Shown: in pieces, positions 63,560-64,000 of the stretch
Numbering within the stretch: the stretch's first letter is position 1
Layout of the letters: each line of letters starts with the position of its first letter
From: an uncultured cyanobacterium
Lineage (GTDB): Bacteria; Cyanobacteriota; Cyanobacteriia; Cyanobacteriales; Cyanobacteriaceae
Assembly (NCBI GenBank): GCA_963749915.1
Contig: CAVVOP010000008.1
Span: forward strand, 864,001-928,000
Direction of reading: 5' to 3'
Length of the DNA: 64,000 nucleotides
The notes under the pieces: generated by a model
Told to the model about the DNA's origin: nothing
The model's database searches: none
What the model saw: only the letters and a program-made list of their open reading frames with translations
Translations under genes and position numbers: made by a program

Positions 63560-64000
63560 TTACCAAAGTCTCTGAAATTCACTGCTATTTGAGTCTAAAT
63601 ATCCAAGAAAATCTGTTGTTTTTTGGCTATTATCTGGAAAAATAGTTAGTAATTCTACATATTCTTTAGTCATTCTCATTTTTTTGTCATCATCTTGAAT
63701 TTTGCGAGGGTACATCCGATGCCATATTCTGCCAATTTTCCCCATTCTTCCTGTTAAATCAGAAGCCTTAATGGTTCGATTTTGTTGATATTCTTCGTGA
63801 AAAAAGTAAATAGCTTCACTATCTTCTTTATCTTCCGCAATTCTTCCCCATACTTGTACATTACCTTTTTTGAAGGCTTCTCGCCAATTTGTGCCTTTAG
63901 GGTTTAATTGTTCTTTACTTACTTTAGTTACCCAATTTTCTATATTTTTATGAACTGCGTCAAGAAAAGCAGTAATATCAGCTAATTGATTAACTGTAAT
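63560..64000 (-). CDS. Type III-B RAMP (Cmr1/Cmr6-like) C-terminus, starts beyond the window
   Basis: Frame is open from 64000: WREAF..GNVQVWGR...IGRIWHRMYP...YVELLTIFP, as in cyanobacterial cmr RAMP proteins. Confidence 0.65.
   Translation of the reverse strand: MTVNQLADITAFLDAVHKNIENWVTKVSKEQLNPKGTNWREAFKKGNVQVWGRIAEDKEDSEAIYFFHEEYQQNRTIKASDLTGRMGKIGRIWHRMYPRKIQDDDKKMRMTKEYVELLTIFPDNSQKTTDFLGYLDSNSSEFQRLW

Overview
AT-rich cyanobacterial DNA (frequent HIP1 GCGATCGC sites and heptamer STRR repeats). Positions 1-7.6 kb look chromosomal: a thermonuclease-like gene, an NlpE/META protein and TamB. An IS1634 without target-site duplication (7699-9823) then opens a long decaying plasmid/island mosaic. 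It holds Gp157, seven toxin-antitoxin modules, a high-GC gasdermin-like gene beside an attC-like palindrome, and an adenine-free ORF behind a duplicated 238-bp element. It also holds a fused parA-parG, an array of cyanobactin-leader-like Cys-rich peptides, IS256/IS1 elements, a broken diversity-generating retroelement, a TPR/J-like/GrpE/Hsp70 operon and a replication module with intragenic iterons. The right third is a defence island: a class I DISARM system (drmD, drmMI, drmA, drmB, drmC) split by a TA cluster and invaded by REP-like palindromes plus a DUF559 nuclease domain, followed by the accessory end of a type III-B CRISPR-Cas locus (kinase-WYL, two CARF-HEPN proteins, RAMP C-terminus). 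No CRISPR array, rRNA or tRNA was seen. All family calls come from motif recognition by eye; no database searches were run.
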